Source: Haliotis rubra (Eukaryota). From it: a DNA stretch of 64,000 bases. The stretch spans positions 1,302,001-1,366,000 of the forward strand of contig NW_025765969.1 of NCBI RefSeq assembly GCF_003918875.1, in the 5' to 3' direction. The position numbers and the translations under genes are program-made. The notes below the pieces were generated by a model. That model searched no databases, was not told the DNA's origin, and saw nothing but the letters and a program-made list of their open reading frames with translations. Positions 1 through 13,171 of the stretch are shown here, one piece after another; the stretch's first letter is position 1, and each line of letters opens with the position of its first letter.

Positions 1-65
1 TTTTGAAAGGTTTCTGACACTGAGAAAGTCTTCATGAGGCTTGACCTTAGTGAGTTAAGAATCCA

Positions 66-340
66 TTATTGTTGAAAATTATAAGTGTTGTTTGCTTCAG
101 CACAAAGCTTGCTCTGTCTCAAATGCTTATGAAGACTCGTCCTGTATTTGTAAACTTTGCCGCAGACACACGTGAAACTGCGTCCTTCGTGCACAGATTC
201 CATGTGAAACAACCTCCCCACATTCTTAGCAAAAACTCTATCACACTTGGGGCAGGGAAACCTAGCCTGTTCAAATCCACTTTCTGCCCAAGTTTGAAGA
301 TGTTGACTGACTGAGTTGCCATAGTAACTATCACCATGAT
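66..340 (-). CDS. Gene A variable terminal exon A13, C2H2+C2HC zinc-finger pair
   Basis: Phase-1 acceptor tttttgttggtttcag; CPKC-x12-HMESVH...CVC-x12-H; stop at 66. Confidence 0.85.
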
Positions 341-1302
341 CTGAAACCAACAAAAAATTGAGACTGCAGAACACTTCACACCAGGACAGGAAGTACTAAA
401 TTCATTGTGTAAGGCAAATAAATATGTATGTTTCATTTGCTGTGTTTATGGATAAATCAACACGGAAAGAGCATGTTAAATCAATATTTTCACCCCAACC
501 GTTAGGTTTGGAGTGAGTGAGTGAGGTATTACACTGTTGAGCAATATTCTTGCAATATCAGGGTGGAGGGACTTCAGACAATGTACCCAAGCGGGTAATC
601 AAACAAAGGTCTTTAATGCGATGAGTGAACAGTTCAACCCCTACTCTACTTAACTGCCCCAGCTTGCCAGTTGAAAGTGTCTGACCAGTGAGTCAGACAT
701 CTTCACCTGTAACCGTGAAACGTCAAAATCTGCAACTGATCTATGTCAATAGTGGTGTTATTTCCCTCTGACATGGTCATTTCTGCATGTAGCATTCATT
801 CATTTTTATGTAGTTGAACAAAAAAAGACTGAGAAATACTGATCACTTTGTCTTTTCTTCATGCATCACTGACTATGATATGTTTAATTGCTGGAACCAT
901 TATTGGAAAATGACATAAAAATGTTTCAGCAATATTAGAGAATCAAACTGGGGTGTTGGCATGGTGGGCCAATGGCTGAACCACTGGGCTACCTACCTGC
1001 CCATTAACCACAAAATAACCAGTCAAGATCAAAAGCCTTTGTCTGTACATCATGAAGATATGTATTGGTAACAGCAATATGCGATTACTATATGATTTGG
1101 TGACCACAATATGTGATCTCAGTATGTCTTGGTAACTCAATTAAAAACATTTACAAAATTTCATGAATGTTCGCTTCTTGTGATCGTGAATAATGAATTG
1201 AATTCATTTGGGATACGGTTGGTTTCGCAAAAGACACGAGTAAATGATAACCCTAGTTTTCACCTCATCAAATTTCCACAACTCCATTGAGGCTAACGGT
1301 GT

Positions 1303-1586
1303 TTAATGATGGTCTGTATTGTTGTCATGGTGATTTGACACCTTCATCACGACACAAGTTCTCTGATGTCTCTGCAAGCCTGTTCGATATTTATAAACCT
1401 TTCCACAGTTACACATAAAGACGACCTGGTCGTGAACGGTCTCAACATGATAGACTCTTGCAACATAGTTTGTGAACACGCGGTCACACTGAGAGCAAGG
1501 GTAACCACCAACATTCAAATCACTCCTCGAATAACCAGAACTGGACTGCCCACTGTAGGGATACGAGTCTGTGTAGCTTTGCAAAC
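1303..1586 (-). CDS. Gene A variable terminal exon A12, zinc-finger pair
   Basis: Acceptor tcttgttgctttcag, phase 1; CSQC...HVETVH...CNC...HQRTC. Confidence 0.85.
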
Positions 1587-1683
1587 CTGAAAGCAACAAG
1601 AAAGCTTTTTCTAGTTCAACGACTTTATTACATTGTATGCTGCATATCTGAATGTGTTGCAAATACCAGGATATCAGAGCTAA

Positions 1684-2000
1684 GGCCAGATTAATTTTAT
1701 TTTTTGTTTTACAGTTCCACCTGCCGCATTTTTTCAAGAATAAGAAAAAGGAAAAGAATTTTCCCTGCTCAAAAAATAAAATCCTAAAGTTTTTATTGGC
1801 CAAAAATGTAAATATACAAGAAATTTTGTTTTTAGATTGGTTTTTGACCCATATACACTTCATAAATTGCCAAAAGTAACATACTTAGAGTATTTAGAAG
1901 AAATACTACTTTGACTGGTGACTTAAAATTTTCCCCCCTCCTGCCTTTAGGTTTTTCGAAGACAATAATCCGTAAAACAAGAAATAAAATTGGTCTGGCC
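1684..2000. mobile_element. MITE, PIF/Harbinger-like
   Basis: TIRs ggccagattaattttattt / aaataaaattggtctggcc flanked by TAA on both sides. Confidence 0.65.
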
Positions 2001-2783
2001 TAAAGGAAGGAAGAAAATCAGGTCACATCTGCTGGTGAAATCATCTGCTTTATAGCCTTTCTAATCAATATAATCTTAACTATATTACACAGTATGTTGC
2101 AGGTTTCAATGTGTTCCAAATACCAGACAATCCATGGATCAACAGCATGAGCATCGATCTATGCAATTGGAAACTGATGACATGCGTCAACCAAGTCAGT
2201 GAGTCTGACAAGCCGATCCCGCTAAGGTATCAGAGCTAAAAGGATAGCAAGGAAACTAGGTCATATCCACTGGTGAAATCATCTATGCGTCCTTTCGAAA
2301 GGAAATTAGTGCCGACTTTATCATACAGTATACTGAAAATCTGACTTTGTTACAAATTATAGGTACCAGAGCTGAAGCAACCAGGTCAGATCCAGAGCTC
2401 AGGAGGTGTCTCCATCAGCTAATGAGGTATTTTTTATTAAACTGTCTTGTTGAGTCCAAGCATGGAGTAAATGACACATCAGTAAGTGTGGTCTGTCTCA
2501 GGCAAATTCAACCACTAAGTGGCAAACTCAAAAACAGATTTGAAAACTAGGTGAACGTCATTTTCTTATTCTGTATTTGTGATATTTAACAAGTTGCTAA
2601 AAGTATAACTGCACTTCACTGACACATTTCAGAACACATTTCCTCGATCAAGGTTTGATGGAACTGAAAAATCTACTGGCAAGTCAAGAAAATGGTGTAT
2701 TACTTCATTTTCGGACTTCTGAAAGTTTGTTCAGTAACAGTTCTTATTCTGAATGTCAAGTAATTCTAAGCACGAATGAAACA

Positions 2784-3088
2784 TCAAGGTCTTGACTCTT
2801 CCAGTGCCCTTTTAGCTGCGGCGCAATCTGCATTCTGTCTCATATGTCGTTGTAAACCAGTCCTATATTTGTACATCTTTCCACAAACACATACAAAAGT
2901 CATTTCCTCATGAACAGTCTCCATGTGATACTTTCGAGTCTTGGGGTTCATAAACACACGTTCACATTCGGAACATGGGAATGAGCCTTTCCCGTCAGCC
3001 TGGAAACCCTGAACAAAGTCCTGATTGTAGGCCAAGCCCGAATAGTCTCTACCCTCTACTTGATAAGAATATCGCTCATCGGGATAAC
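2784..3088 (-). CDS. Gene A variable terminal exon A11, zinc-finger pair
   Basis: Acceptor ttttttgttgctttcag, phase 1; CSEC...HMETVH...CVC...HMRQNADC. Confidence 0.85.
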
Positions 3089-3567
3089 CTGAAAGCAACA
3101 AAAAATCTAGGTCTAATTCCTACCAATTAAGGTGTTGACTCAACTGGAATATGTATTCCTGTAGGTGCTGGCAGATGGTATGGACATGGAGTCACAAAAA
3201 AAACATCCATCTCACACAATATATTTGAATTTTGTCACCAGCTCAAGCTCTGGGTAGTTTTGATATGCAAACCAATGAAAGACACCTTTAATACCCAATT
3301 TTTCATGATCACAATATGCTGAGGCACTTCAACAACAATGAATCATTTCTGTGGAAATTGTCCAAATTGACAAGGACTTATAGAAAACACCTTCAGAAAT
3401 TTATATAGCAATCACTTGTCTGTCAAATAGACATCAACTTTCCTTTCCACCATACTGATTCCATAATGTGACACCACTTCACAAACCTATAACTTGTGGA
3501 AGAACCAACCTAAACATCTGCTGGACAATTGACCATCGAAAGACATCAAGACAGTTGTCAGCTTAAG

Positions 3568-3723
3568 ACTGACTGACTGAGTTTGGTTTTACGCCGCTTT
3601 TAGCAATATTCCAGCAATATCACGGCGGGGACACCAGAAATGGGCTTCACACATTGTACCCATGTGGGGATTCGAACCTGGGTCTTCGACGTGACTTTAA
3701 CCACTAGGCTACCCCACCACCCC
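3568..3723 (-). mobile_element. tRNA-derived SINE family 1
   Basis: A/B-box head, gatattgctggaatattgctaaaagcggcgtaaaac tail, TSD tgtcagcttaaga. Confidence 0.85.
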
Positions 3724-3834
3724 TGTCAGCTTAAGAGAATCACCATTGGAGGACATAAGACAGTTGTCAGTTTGAGATAAACACAAACCCCTGCCATAAA
3801 TCTTGTACAAATCACCAAAGTGCACTGTCCTGCA

Positions 3835-4162
3835 TTATTCATGTTTCTTCTTTGCGGCACACAAAGGACTGGTTCTCATATGTCTCTGAAGTCCAGTTCG
3901 CGGAATTTGTAAACTTTTCCGCAATTACAAGAGAAATCAATTTGTTCGTGTACAGTTTCGATATGGTAGCGTAATGTTCTGTATTTCATGAACACTCTAT
4001 CACACTCAGAACACGGGAAAGTCCTAATTCCTTCAGACGGAGGGTACAGGCCTGAACCTAATCCTGGATTCATACTGTACAACACTTGTCCCCCTCGCTG
4101 ATCTATTTCCAAAAGAGCATTTTGTGGACCACGTTGGAAAGTACTCGCACAACCATCAAAAT
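3835..4162 (-). pseudogene. Gene A variable exon A10, zinc-finger pair with frameshift near 3900
   Basis: Acceptor tttttgcttactttcag, phase 1; ttc-cg-cga-act carries 2 extra nt; the corrected frame reads KFRTGLQRHMRTSPLCAAKKKHE*. Confidence 0.75.
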
Positions 4163-5294
4163 CTGAAAGTAAGCAAAAAGTGGTCTTGTATTGACGTTAT
4201 CCCTCGTTCAAAATATCGGTCCACTTCATATTGAGCAAAAACAAAGCGAATAATCCATCTCCAAGATGGAACCAGTTGGAAATCATTTTGTGTTGAGATC
4301 CAATTCACACCATCCATGACAAACACTGGTAAGAAAGTAAACCATTTCAAAGAAAATGGCAAAAACAAGTAACAAGAAGACTTATTTCAAATGTTTACTT
4401 ACAAACGGAATGGCATAAAATACATTCTGTATACGGTGTAACGATAAGTAGAATCGACATGGCATGGTGATGATTATGACAATACTGGGAGAGAAACACA
4501 ATGTTCAGTTGTACGAGAACATAACCATATGAAACTTACTGACGATACACATGTAAAATGAAACACAAAAATGGATGTTTAAAAATCTGTCTTCTTATTC
4601 CACATTATTTATCTTGTTTCTTTCACACTATGCTAAACTACATCTGTGCAGCGAAGGTAACGTAATCTTATTATCATCAGCAAAATACACCCAGTCTCTG
4701 TCCCAAAACCATGACAAAATATGGGATGTCCATAATAGTAAAATACACATTAAACACATGATATGGCCCCCCTTATTTGTTTCACAACTCTGAACAGTCT
4801 GTAATGATGGACTGTAACAGGAAAATGATCTCATGCCGGACAGGTTAAGTGTAAGTTGAATTTCACACTACTTTAGGCAATATTACAACAATATTAGAAC
4901 AGGTAACACCAGAAATCAGCCTATTTAACCTGTTAGTAATCAAACCATGGCCTGAAGTGTCTTGAGCAGTCACTTTACCCACTGGGCCACCCCACAGCCC
5001 CTTTCAACTGACACAGTTTTTCTAACAAAGAGTAAGAAACTTGACAGATAACGATATCTTTCACTACACAACCAAACTTGTAACCATCAGGATTACGAGA
5101 GATTATGCACTTCTTTGCTGGTTAATAGTGACACTTAGCTATTTTCACAATTCGTACATCTGACAACTGAAAGTCTTATTAGTGAGTGAGTTGGGTTTTA
5201 TGCCGCTTTTAGCAATATTCCAGCAATATCACGGTGGGAGTCAGAAAGTCTTATTAGGAAATCTCTCAATTTCTAAAGACTTCAGTGAATAACA

Positions 5295-5566
5295 TTAAAT
5301 ATTAGCTCTCTTCGCATCAAGATACATCTGACACAACTTCTGATGCCGAAGCAAACCAGTTCGGTATGTGTAAACCTTTCCACAGATACAAGAAAATACT
5401 GTGTTATTGTGAATAGCTGCAATGTGGTTCCATCTAGCCCCAGTATTGGAGAACGCCTTATTGCACACGTAACAAGGATGACTGCCCTGTACAGGTAAGT
5501 GACCAATACTGGTAGCGGTTTGAAACTCTTCAGTAGGATCAACTGAGGTTCTGTAACCACGATAAC
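5295..5566 (-). CDS. Gene A variable terminal exon A9, zinc-finger pair
   Basis: Acceptor tttttgttgctttcag, phase 1; CYVC...HIAAIH...CIC...HQKLC. Confidence 0.85.
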
Positions 5567-5684
5567 CTGAAAGCAACAAAAAGTCAGTTCTAAATTTCTT
5601 CAATACATGAACCTGTCATTTCAGTTGCTTTCAGGCCTACTTTCCAAACTGATGTTTCAGACCATTATGCAGTCTTGGTCTGAG

Positions 5685-5850
5685 TGAGTGAGTGAGTATG
5701 GTTTTACGCCAATTTCTAGCAATATTCCAGCAATATCATGGTGGGGGACATCAGAAATGGGCTTCACACATTGTACCCATGTGGGGAATCGAACCCGGGT
5801 TTTCGGCGTGACGAGCGAACCCTTTAACCACTAGGCTACCCCAACGCCCC
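5685..5850 (-). mobile_element. tRNA-derived SINE family 1
   Basis: Full-length copy, (actc)n tail, TSD cagtcttggtctga. Confidence 0.9.
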
Positions 5851-6096
5851 TCAGTCTTGGTCTGAACATGGACTATTAAATAGATCAAAGAGATCCTGTT
5901 TCAGCATATCTGTTCCAGACTGACAGTGAAACTGGTCTCTTCTTGAAACAAACTGGCTTTGAACGATTAACTGACAAGGGTTATCAAGTACCACTTGTGT
6001 CCATCAGTATCTTTTGACAAACAATCAGGGGAAATTCAAAATGCTCCTGACTATAAACTTTACAACAGCTGTCTTAATGGGAGTCAATGACAAAAT

Positions 6097-6254
6097 GAGT
6101 GAGTTTGGTTTTACACTGCTTATAGCAATATTCCAGCAATAGCACGTGGGGGACACCAGAAATGGGCTAACACATTGTACCCATATATGGAATCGAACCT
6201 GGGTCTTCGGCGTGAAAAGCAAACGCTTTAACCTTTAGGCTACCCACCGTCGCC
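6097..6254 (-). mobile_element. tRNA-derived SINE family 1
   Basis: Aligns to the copy at 5685-5850. Confidence 0.8.
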
Positions 6255-6540
6255 AATGATAAAATGAACTGATTTACAAAAGCTGAAGTTCAAATACAAT
6301 TTATAATCCAAAACTGTGTTCCACAGGAGATATTGCTTGTGTGAGATCAAACGATATCTCCTAGGAAATATCGTTTTGACAGTAGATTTTGTACAATGCC
6401 CTAACAATGCTATGACATCATGTACTTGATGACGTCACAATGCTATGACATCGCTGCACTGCAAGTCTTAGGCAGTACCATGTTCAGATATGTACATCTT
6501 TCATTGAAAATTAATGAAGAGTGATTTTGGATGATAAATA

Positions 6541-6684
6541 GAATCTCACCCTCGTGTCTTCTGATATCAAATATATCAACACTTGTTGATAAAAGTAAAA
6601 ATATCTTCGGCAAGCCTCGGATATTTGTAACTTTATCAACTCGTGTTGATATAATTGATATCAGGAGACACTTGGGTGAGATTC
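6541..6684. repeat. Long imperfect palindrome (about 65-bp arms)
   Basis: gaatctcacc...gatatcaaatatatcaacac mirrored by gtgttgatataattgatatc...ggtgagattc. Confidence 0.75.
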
Positions 6685-6965
6685 TCTATGTATTCTAAAA
6701 TTTGAAAATGATTTTTCCACAATCACTGCTCTCTAAATGACGGTAGCAGACAGTTGTTGGCATTGATCCCAACTGCATAGACAGATGCTAAGCATGTCAA
6801 TCACTGAATCGTCTGGTCAAGAATCGATTATTTACAGACTGTCGTAATAGAGCTGAAATATTGCCGAGGGCAGGATTAAACAAAAAAACAAAGCAGAGAG
6901 TGATACTCAAGACAAAACAGATGCTGACTGGTGACCATCATGCCATACACTGCCAATATTCCCTT

Positions 6966-7323
6966 TCATTTGGCACCAGATTCAGCAGACATAATGAACA
7001 TGCTGCAGGATTTCTGGTGCCGCATAAGTCCAGTTCGGTAAGAATACACTTTCCCACAAACACAACGGAAGTTGTTATTCTCATGAATAGCCTCGATATG
7101 ATTCCATCGGGCGCGCTTTTATTTGAAAATGACTTTTCACACTGTGGACATGGGTATAATCTTAGGTGGCTTTCTTCAGAAAGGTAACTGTCTTGGCCTC
7201 TATCAATATGTTCTTCCCTCATGCTAGTTGCGGAAAAATTTGGATGTGCAAAACTGAAGCGACTATGACTGGCAGCCATTATCCTTTGATCATTACCGAA
7301 CCCTGCCATTGAACGTCCCAAAC
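6966..7323 (-). pseudogene. Gene A variable exon A8, zinc-finger pair with frameshift near 7112
   Basis: Acceptor ttttttgtttctttcag, phase 1; agc-gc-gcc-cga carries 2 extra nt; the corrected frame reads SARWNHIEAIHENNNFRCVCGKVYSYRTGLMRHQKSC. Confidence 0.75.
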
Positions 7324-7942
7324 CTGAAAGAAACAAAAAATTTAGATCTTTAATGACAAGATCTTTTAAACTTCAGGAAATGAAAATTTCAAAGCATTTC
7401 ATTTCTCCTACACAAATTTCTTGGTTTGATTTCATGGTTTGAAACAACATCCTAAATTCTTACCACAGACTTGAGTGAATTAAGCCATCAAAAAGTTGTG
7501 AATGTTGAGTGTGAGTGAGTTTTATGTAGCTTTTAAGCAATATTCCAGCAATATCACAACGAGGGACACCAGAAATGGACTACAGGCATTGTAAACATGC
7601 GGGCAATCGAACCCGAGTGTTCAACCAACGAACACTTGAACCACTAGCCTACCTAACCAACCTTGTGAATACACAAGTGAATGAACTTGAATATCTTTGA
7701 GTTGAGTAAAGCATGACATTATCTTAGAACTCATTCCCAACATGACATTATCTTGTGATTCATTCCCTACAGTTCCTAGTTTACCATAACAGTTCCTTCA
7801 CCAACGGTATCCATCAGACTGAACTGCTTCATCATTCATTTTGACAAGCGTCTTCCTAGCATTTACACATATCAGAGAAAACTCTAACTCACACATCCAA
7901 ACAATTGAAGGAATCCTCTTACCAACATGAATGTACAAAACA

Positions 7943-8274
7943 TCATTTTGGTTGTGCCTCTGTTTGAGTTTTGTTTTCTTGAAGTGAAAACAGACTACAA
8001 TTTTTCTGATGTCTAAGTAGTCCAGGTCTGTATGAATATTGTTTCCCACAAACACAGGTGAGATTTACTTTCTCGTGGACACATTTGATGTGATACCATC
8101 TAGAGTTGGCATTGGAAAACACTTTTTCACATCTAGAACAAGGATATGACCGATTTCTTGTTTCACCAGGCACATGAAAGGATGCATATTCTAATTGCTG
8201 ATTGGGCATTCTCCTCACATTCTGGGCACCAAAAGAATGGTTAAATCCACCCAAGCTCCAATAAGCATGATTAT
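7943..8274 (-). CDS. Gene A variable terminal exon A7, zinc-finger pair
   Basis: Acceptor tttttgttattttcag, phase 1; CSRC...HIKCVH...CVC...HQKNC. Confidence 0.85.
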
Positions 8275-8440
8275 CTGAAAATAACAAAAAACTTCGGTTC
8301 ATATCCTGTTCAACACCACTAATGTTACTCAACAATTATTCTTATTAAAAAAATCCCAACAAAATGGCCCAGTTTCTACAGTAATACAGGAAGTCAACCA
8401 GTTTTGGAAGAAAATGGTTACTGTGTTGAACTACCAAGAA

Positions 8441-8881
8441 CAGACTTGCCTACCCCCTTTTAAAGAAATAGTAAGATCAGCTAAAAAAAATAGTAAGGCA
8501 GGTGCATTTGATAGTAAGGCATGTTAATGTCAAGAGATAAAGGAAAAACATTGCTGGTTAAAATCTTAATATAGTGTTTAATAGTCAATTAGTCAAATGT
8601 GGTGCCGATCTAACTGACGTTTTAAAAAATCTTTCACTTTGAAATAAACTTTACCAGCACTGTTAGATGCAAAGATTATTTATTTATAATGTTTTCGATG
8701 CGACTTCTGTTTTCAGTACTTTATGTACCGTAAATGACTCTGTAAATAGCATGGGCATGCCTATATCTAGTATTCTACCACTTATTTGTAGAAGTAAGGA
8801 ATTTCAGTATGATCGTAAGGTCGTAATTTAGCACCAAAAATAGTAAGCCTTACGCCCAAATCGTAAGGATAGGCAAGTCTG
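8441..8881. mobile_element. MITE (non-autonomous DNA transposon)
   Basis: TIRs cagacttgccta / taggcaagtctg, direct flank caagaa. Confidence 0.7.
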
Positions 8882-9291
8882 CAAGAATTCAATAAGAATT
8901 AACAACCCCCAAGACGACAAACACTTGAATCCCCTCAGTCCTGAATGTGTAAATGCAAACTGCTCTATGAAAAGGACAACACTTTTCAAGCATCACAGCC
9001 TGTGCCTATTACTTTTGAGTTCCTTAGTATAACTAGTATTTCTATTTTGCATATTGTTTTCAATAAATATAGGTCTTGGTTCCGAGCTGATTTTACCCCA
9101 CCATAGTACTAGACAGTGTTTTTCAGTAGTATTAAGCAGCAGACGGGCATCATAACAGCTCAAATGCTTGTCACATATGCACACACATAAGAAAACAATC
9201 GGTTGTATAAATTCAGCGCATACAAGCTCGAGAAAGAATTTGAAAGTATCACTTTGCATTTTCAGCTCATACCAACAAACAATGTCACTTT

Positions 9292-9629
9292 TCATCCTTC
9301 AGTGTTCAAGGGTTCTGGTGGAGTCTGATTAACCAGCGCCACACTACAAGTTTTCTGATGTTTCAACAGTCCTGGTCTGTAGGTATACACCTTGCCACAA
9401 ACACAAGCAAAGCTGACATTCCTGTGAATAGCTTCAACATGGTTCCTCCTAGCTGTAGTGTTAGAAAACACTTTGCCACACTCCGTGCACTCAGAACCTG
9501 AAGGTCTTAAGCCAGGGGTTGAAAAGTTTGAATGTCTGGGATACAATGACTGAGTAAAATATGAAGCAAGTTTTGCCTTGTACATCCTGTCTTCCCATGC
9601 GTGACTAGGATAAGGTCCCTGGTTAGGAC
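9292..9629 (-). CDS. Gene A variable terminal exon A6, zinc-finger pair
   Basis: Acceptor tttttgttactttcag, phase 1; CTEC...HVEAIH...CVC...HQKTC. Confidence 0.85.
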
Positions 9630-10056
9630 CTGAAAGTAACAAAAATCTCGTCAGCTCCATTTTGTGTCGCTGTTCAACTTGAAAAATATTGGCAGTAAAT
9701 TAGGAGTGTATGTATAAGAGTAAATATAGATATTAGCTGCAGGCAGAAAATGCACAGCCCATGCATTACAGACGGAATTTACTTCCATTTCTTGGCGTCC
9801 ATTCTGGAAGCACCAAGAAAATGTCACTTTCTGAACAAGTTATTCTCAACTCTGTTTTCAGCTTCACATTGCAAGACAACTAATGCTGTGTTTTTCTGAC
9901 TTAGGGTGCAAGGCTTCAAAAATAAAAGAATGAGGAATCAATTCCAATTCTTTGTTACTAGTGAAAACAATAACCACTCTGCTTCATCCCCAGTTTACAT
10001 ATCATACAGTAAAGACCACTGTAAGCTAATGCAGGTCAGAAACATGTGCTATCCTC

Positions 10057-10483
10057 TACTGGTGTTCCGATTAATTGAAATAATCGAAGATTGGTCGCAG
10101 TGACCAAACGACCAAGCAATCAATCACATTTTCTCATAATCGAACAAACAATTTTTGAACTACTTTTTTAGTCTTTGAAATACTTGACAATGGAACATAT
10201 CTTAGAAGTTGTCAGGGCCTAAAAACGTGTTTAATTCTTAGAAAACTCACTTCACTAACTGAAAAGCCATGACTGAATATTTCTTGAAGACTCCAGAAAG
10301 TTTATGTTCATGATATATAAGTCATCACTGTAAAGTAGCAAGTTGCATCATGTTATACATATCTGCAATAACAACCTGGATAGGAAAATCTGAAAAATGA
10401 CGCTAACCAATTTTTTTTGGATGATTGTTCGTTGGTAATGAAGCAATCATCAATTGTGAGATTTCAACCAATTCCCAGCACTA
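10057..10483. mobile_element. hAT-like MITE (second copy at 41778-42187)
   Basis: 8-bp TSD ctatcctc; both ends shared with the 41778 copy. Confidence 0.7.
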
Positions 10484-10663
10484 CTATCCTCATGTTGTCC
10501 ATGGATGCAGTCAAACATTTTCTCTCCCAAACAGAATTAACTTAACCCAGCACAACCTTCACATATCTGGTTGCCTGAGAATAACTTTAACATCAGACTA
10601 ACATACACAAACTAGTATTAGTTTAAACAGTCTTTATTTTGACAGAACAAGAGTCAAGTCTGT

Positions 10664-11050
10664 GGCAAACTGGCTACAGGTCTTCTGGTGTTTGATCAAA
10701 CCCGGATGATATATGTACGTCTTCCCACAAACACATGTATATTCAACCGTATCATGAATGTATTTCCCCATATGACAGGGTGAGTCAATGTCAAGCCTGA
10801 AGACCAAGGGCAAACTGGCTACAGGTCTTCTGGTGTTTGATCAAACCCGGATGATATATGTACGTCTTCCCACAAACACATGTATATTCAACCGTATCAT
10901 GAATGTATTTCCCCATATGACAGGATGAGTCAATGTCAAGTCTGAAGACCAAGGGCAAACTGGCTACAGGTCTTCTGGTGTTTGATCAAACCTGGATGAT
11001 ATATGTACGTCTTCCCACAAACACATGTATATTCAACCTTATCATGAATG
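10664..11050. repeat. Tandem triplication (145-bp period) of the second finger and 3' end of exon A5
   Basis: ggcaaactggctacagg...atcatgaatg occurs three times. Confidence 0.9.
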
Positions 11051-11303
11051 GCTGCAATATGATTTCTCCTAGATCTAGTGTTGGCAAAAACTTTGTCACA
11101 TTGGGTGCAAGGCCATACTCGCTTCTGGACACCTCCAGGAAGATCTACATCACACATTTCCATTGTCCCCGTAGGAGGGCCTAAACTGGACATTGACAAG
11201 TTTCGTATGTTGCCTTGGAATGTATTGGGCATTAAATGGCTGCTTGTGTATCTTCCCTGTTCACATTGTGCTAAAGTTTGTCCAAATGAACTCCCATGAT
11301 AAT
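10936..11303 (-). CDS. Gene A variable terminal exon A5, zinc-finger pair
   Basis: Acceptor tttttgttcctttcag, phase 1; CTQC...HIAAIH...CVC...HQKTC. Confidence 0.85.
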
Positions 11304-12241
11304 CTGAAAGGAACAAAAATGAGAAATGACTTGTGACTTGTTCCAAACACACGGTGAAAATATTTCGCTTTATATATTTAGAAACATTACCCCAATCTAT
11401 GCTAAGTTTGTTCAACTTTATGTGGACATATTCCATTGTAAACAAAATTTGTGTTCCGACTTAACCTTATTCCAGCATGTCGTTTTCAATATTTCATGTA
11501 ATCGTCACTATCAACTCCAATATTATGTTCCTTATCTTGATGGAGGTATCGCTGTGATGAAGGACATGAAAACTTGATGTAATCACAATGAGTTTTATTT
11601 GTATCATTCACTTTTACAAATCATTCTTCAGCCTGACAGTCACAACAAAAACATACACACTGATTCATCATGTTCAGACACAGCGTCTCTTACAGACCTC
11701 ACAACTCAACTTAAAAACTCCAGGCAGGGATCTGCACTCAATTTTGAGCCATTGAACAATTACTCCCAAGTTATCACTGACATGGGGAATTGCGAGTTTT
11801 CTTTGGGAACCAATATATTCTCCTTCCCTGAATTAGCAAATTCTACACATAAAGAAGAATATTTTTTTAAATTAACCAAAACAATGTTGTTTCAGTTGAG
11901 TTTTACTTAGTATCTGCTCTACTGATGACCCAAGTAACCTTAGCTCCTAAGAGTGACATAAACATCTAACTAAAACGGAAAAGCAGCACATGTTCTGCGT
12001 TATTTGCTGTAGAAGAGTTCTTGAATGTGTTGTGCCTGCAATACTTGCTCTGTAATGCATCCTGAGTATGTGTGATATATTAGGTAATTATCCAGCATTA
12101 TGGTCTTAGGGTTTCATAGTTTTAATCGGTATTTGTGCACAAACAACTCAAGATTAATTGGTTAATTTGATTTTAAATACTTTATTTTATCTAGTTGAGC
12201 TCCAATGGGACTGACTGGTTGTACAACCTGCTACCAGAACA

Positions 12242-12707
12242 CAGAGCTCAAGATAAGGTTTAGCCCATGTGGGTACTGTACCCACTGTATTTTTTTGGAG
12301 TGGGTATTATGAATGTTGAGTGGGTATTTCAATTTCTGTTACCCACTGCTTTCAAATATGTGCGTATTTCAGTCATTTTACTCACCTAAGTATTATGTCA
12401 TTGAGTAAGTTTACTAAGCAGGTATGTTCTGCCTTATGTCATACCTAATCAAAACCAACTTATATATAATGGAAATCACTCATCCTATACTGACAGTACA
12501 ACACTTGCCCTATACTGATAGCAATCAATGTCATTTTCATTACGCAAGCGATTTTTTATAAATATATTCCGTACGCATTTGTTTTAAACTTTTTGCGTAT
12601 CTAACATTTTTAAATGCGTAATTGGTACACAACAATTATTTTTCAATGCGTATATGGGAATTTTCTATGCGTATTTTACCCGGATACGCAGCTTATCTGG
12701 GCCTCTG
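12242..12707. mobile_element. MITE
   Basis: TIRs cagagctcaagataag / cttatctgggcctctg, 5-bp TSD gaaca. Confidence 0.65.
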
Positions 12708-12954
12708 GAACATTAGTAAAAATCATACTATTAATACTTTAAAAAAAGAGAAAAAATTCAATTAAGAAAAATGCACTTTTGTTATGCAAACATCCATTCA
12801 TAACATGATGAAAATGTGAAGTCAAAAATCAAACACTTTAAAGTTTGATCCTAAACAAGAGAAAATGCCTGATAAAGTCAACCACAAAACCTGAAGGTCT
12901 TTCTTGTATCACTCGAACAGGTAATGAGTTCTTATGGCCACTCATCCCACAAAT

Positions 12955-13132
12955 GGGCGGTGGGGTAGTCTAGTGGTTAAAGCGTTGGCTCATCACGCAG
13001 AAGACCTGGGTTCGAATCCCCACATGGGTACAATGAGTGAAGCCCATTTCTGGTGTCCCCCGCCGTGATATTGCTGGAATATTGCTAAAAGCGGCGTAAA
13101 ACCAAACTCAGTCAGTCAGTCAGTCAGTCAGT
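12955..13132 (+). mobile_element. tRNA-derived SINE family 1 with (agtc)n tail; antisense to gene A
   Basis: Full length, TSD tcatcccacaaat. Confidence 0.9.
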
Positions 13133-13171
13133 CATCCCACAAATACAGCAAAATTATTCCAGGTAATTATA

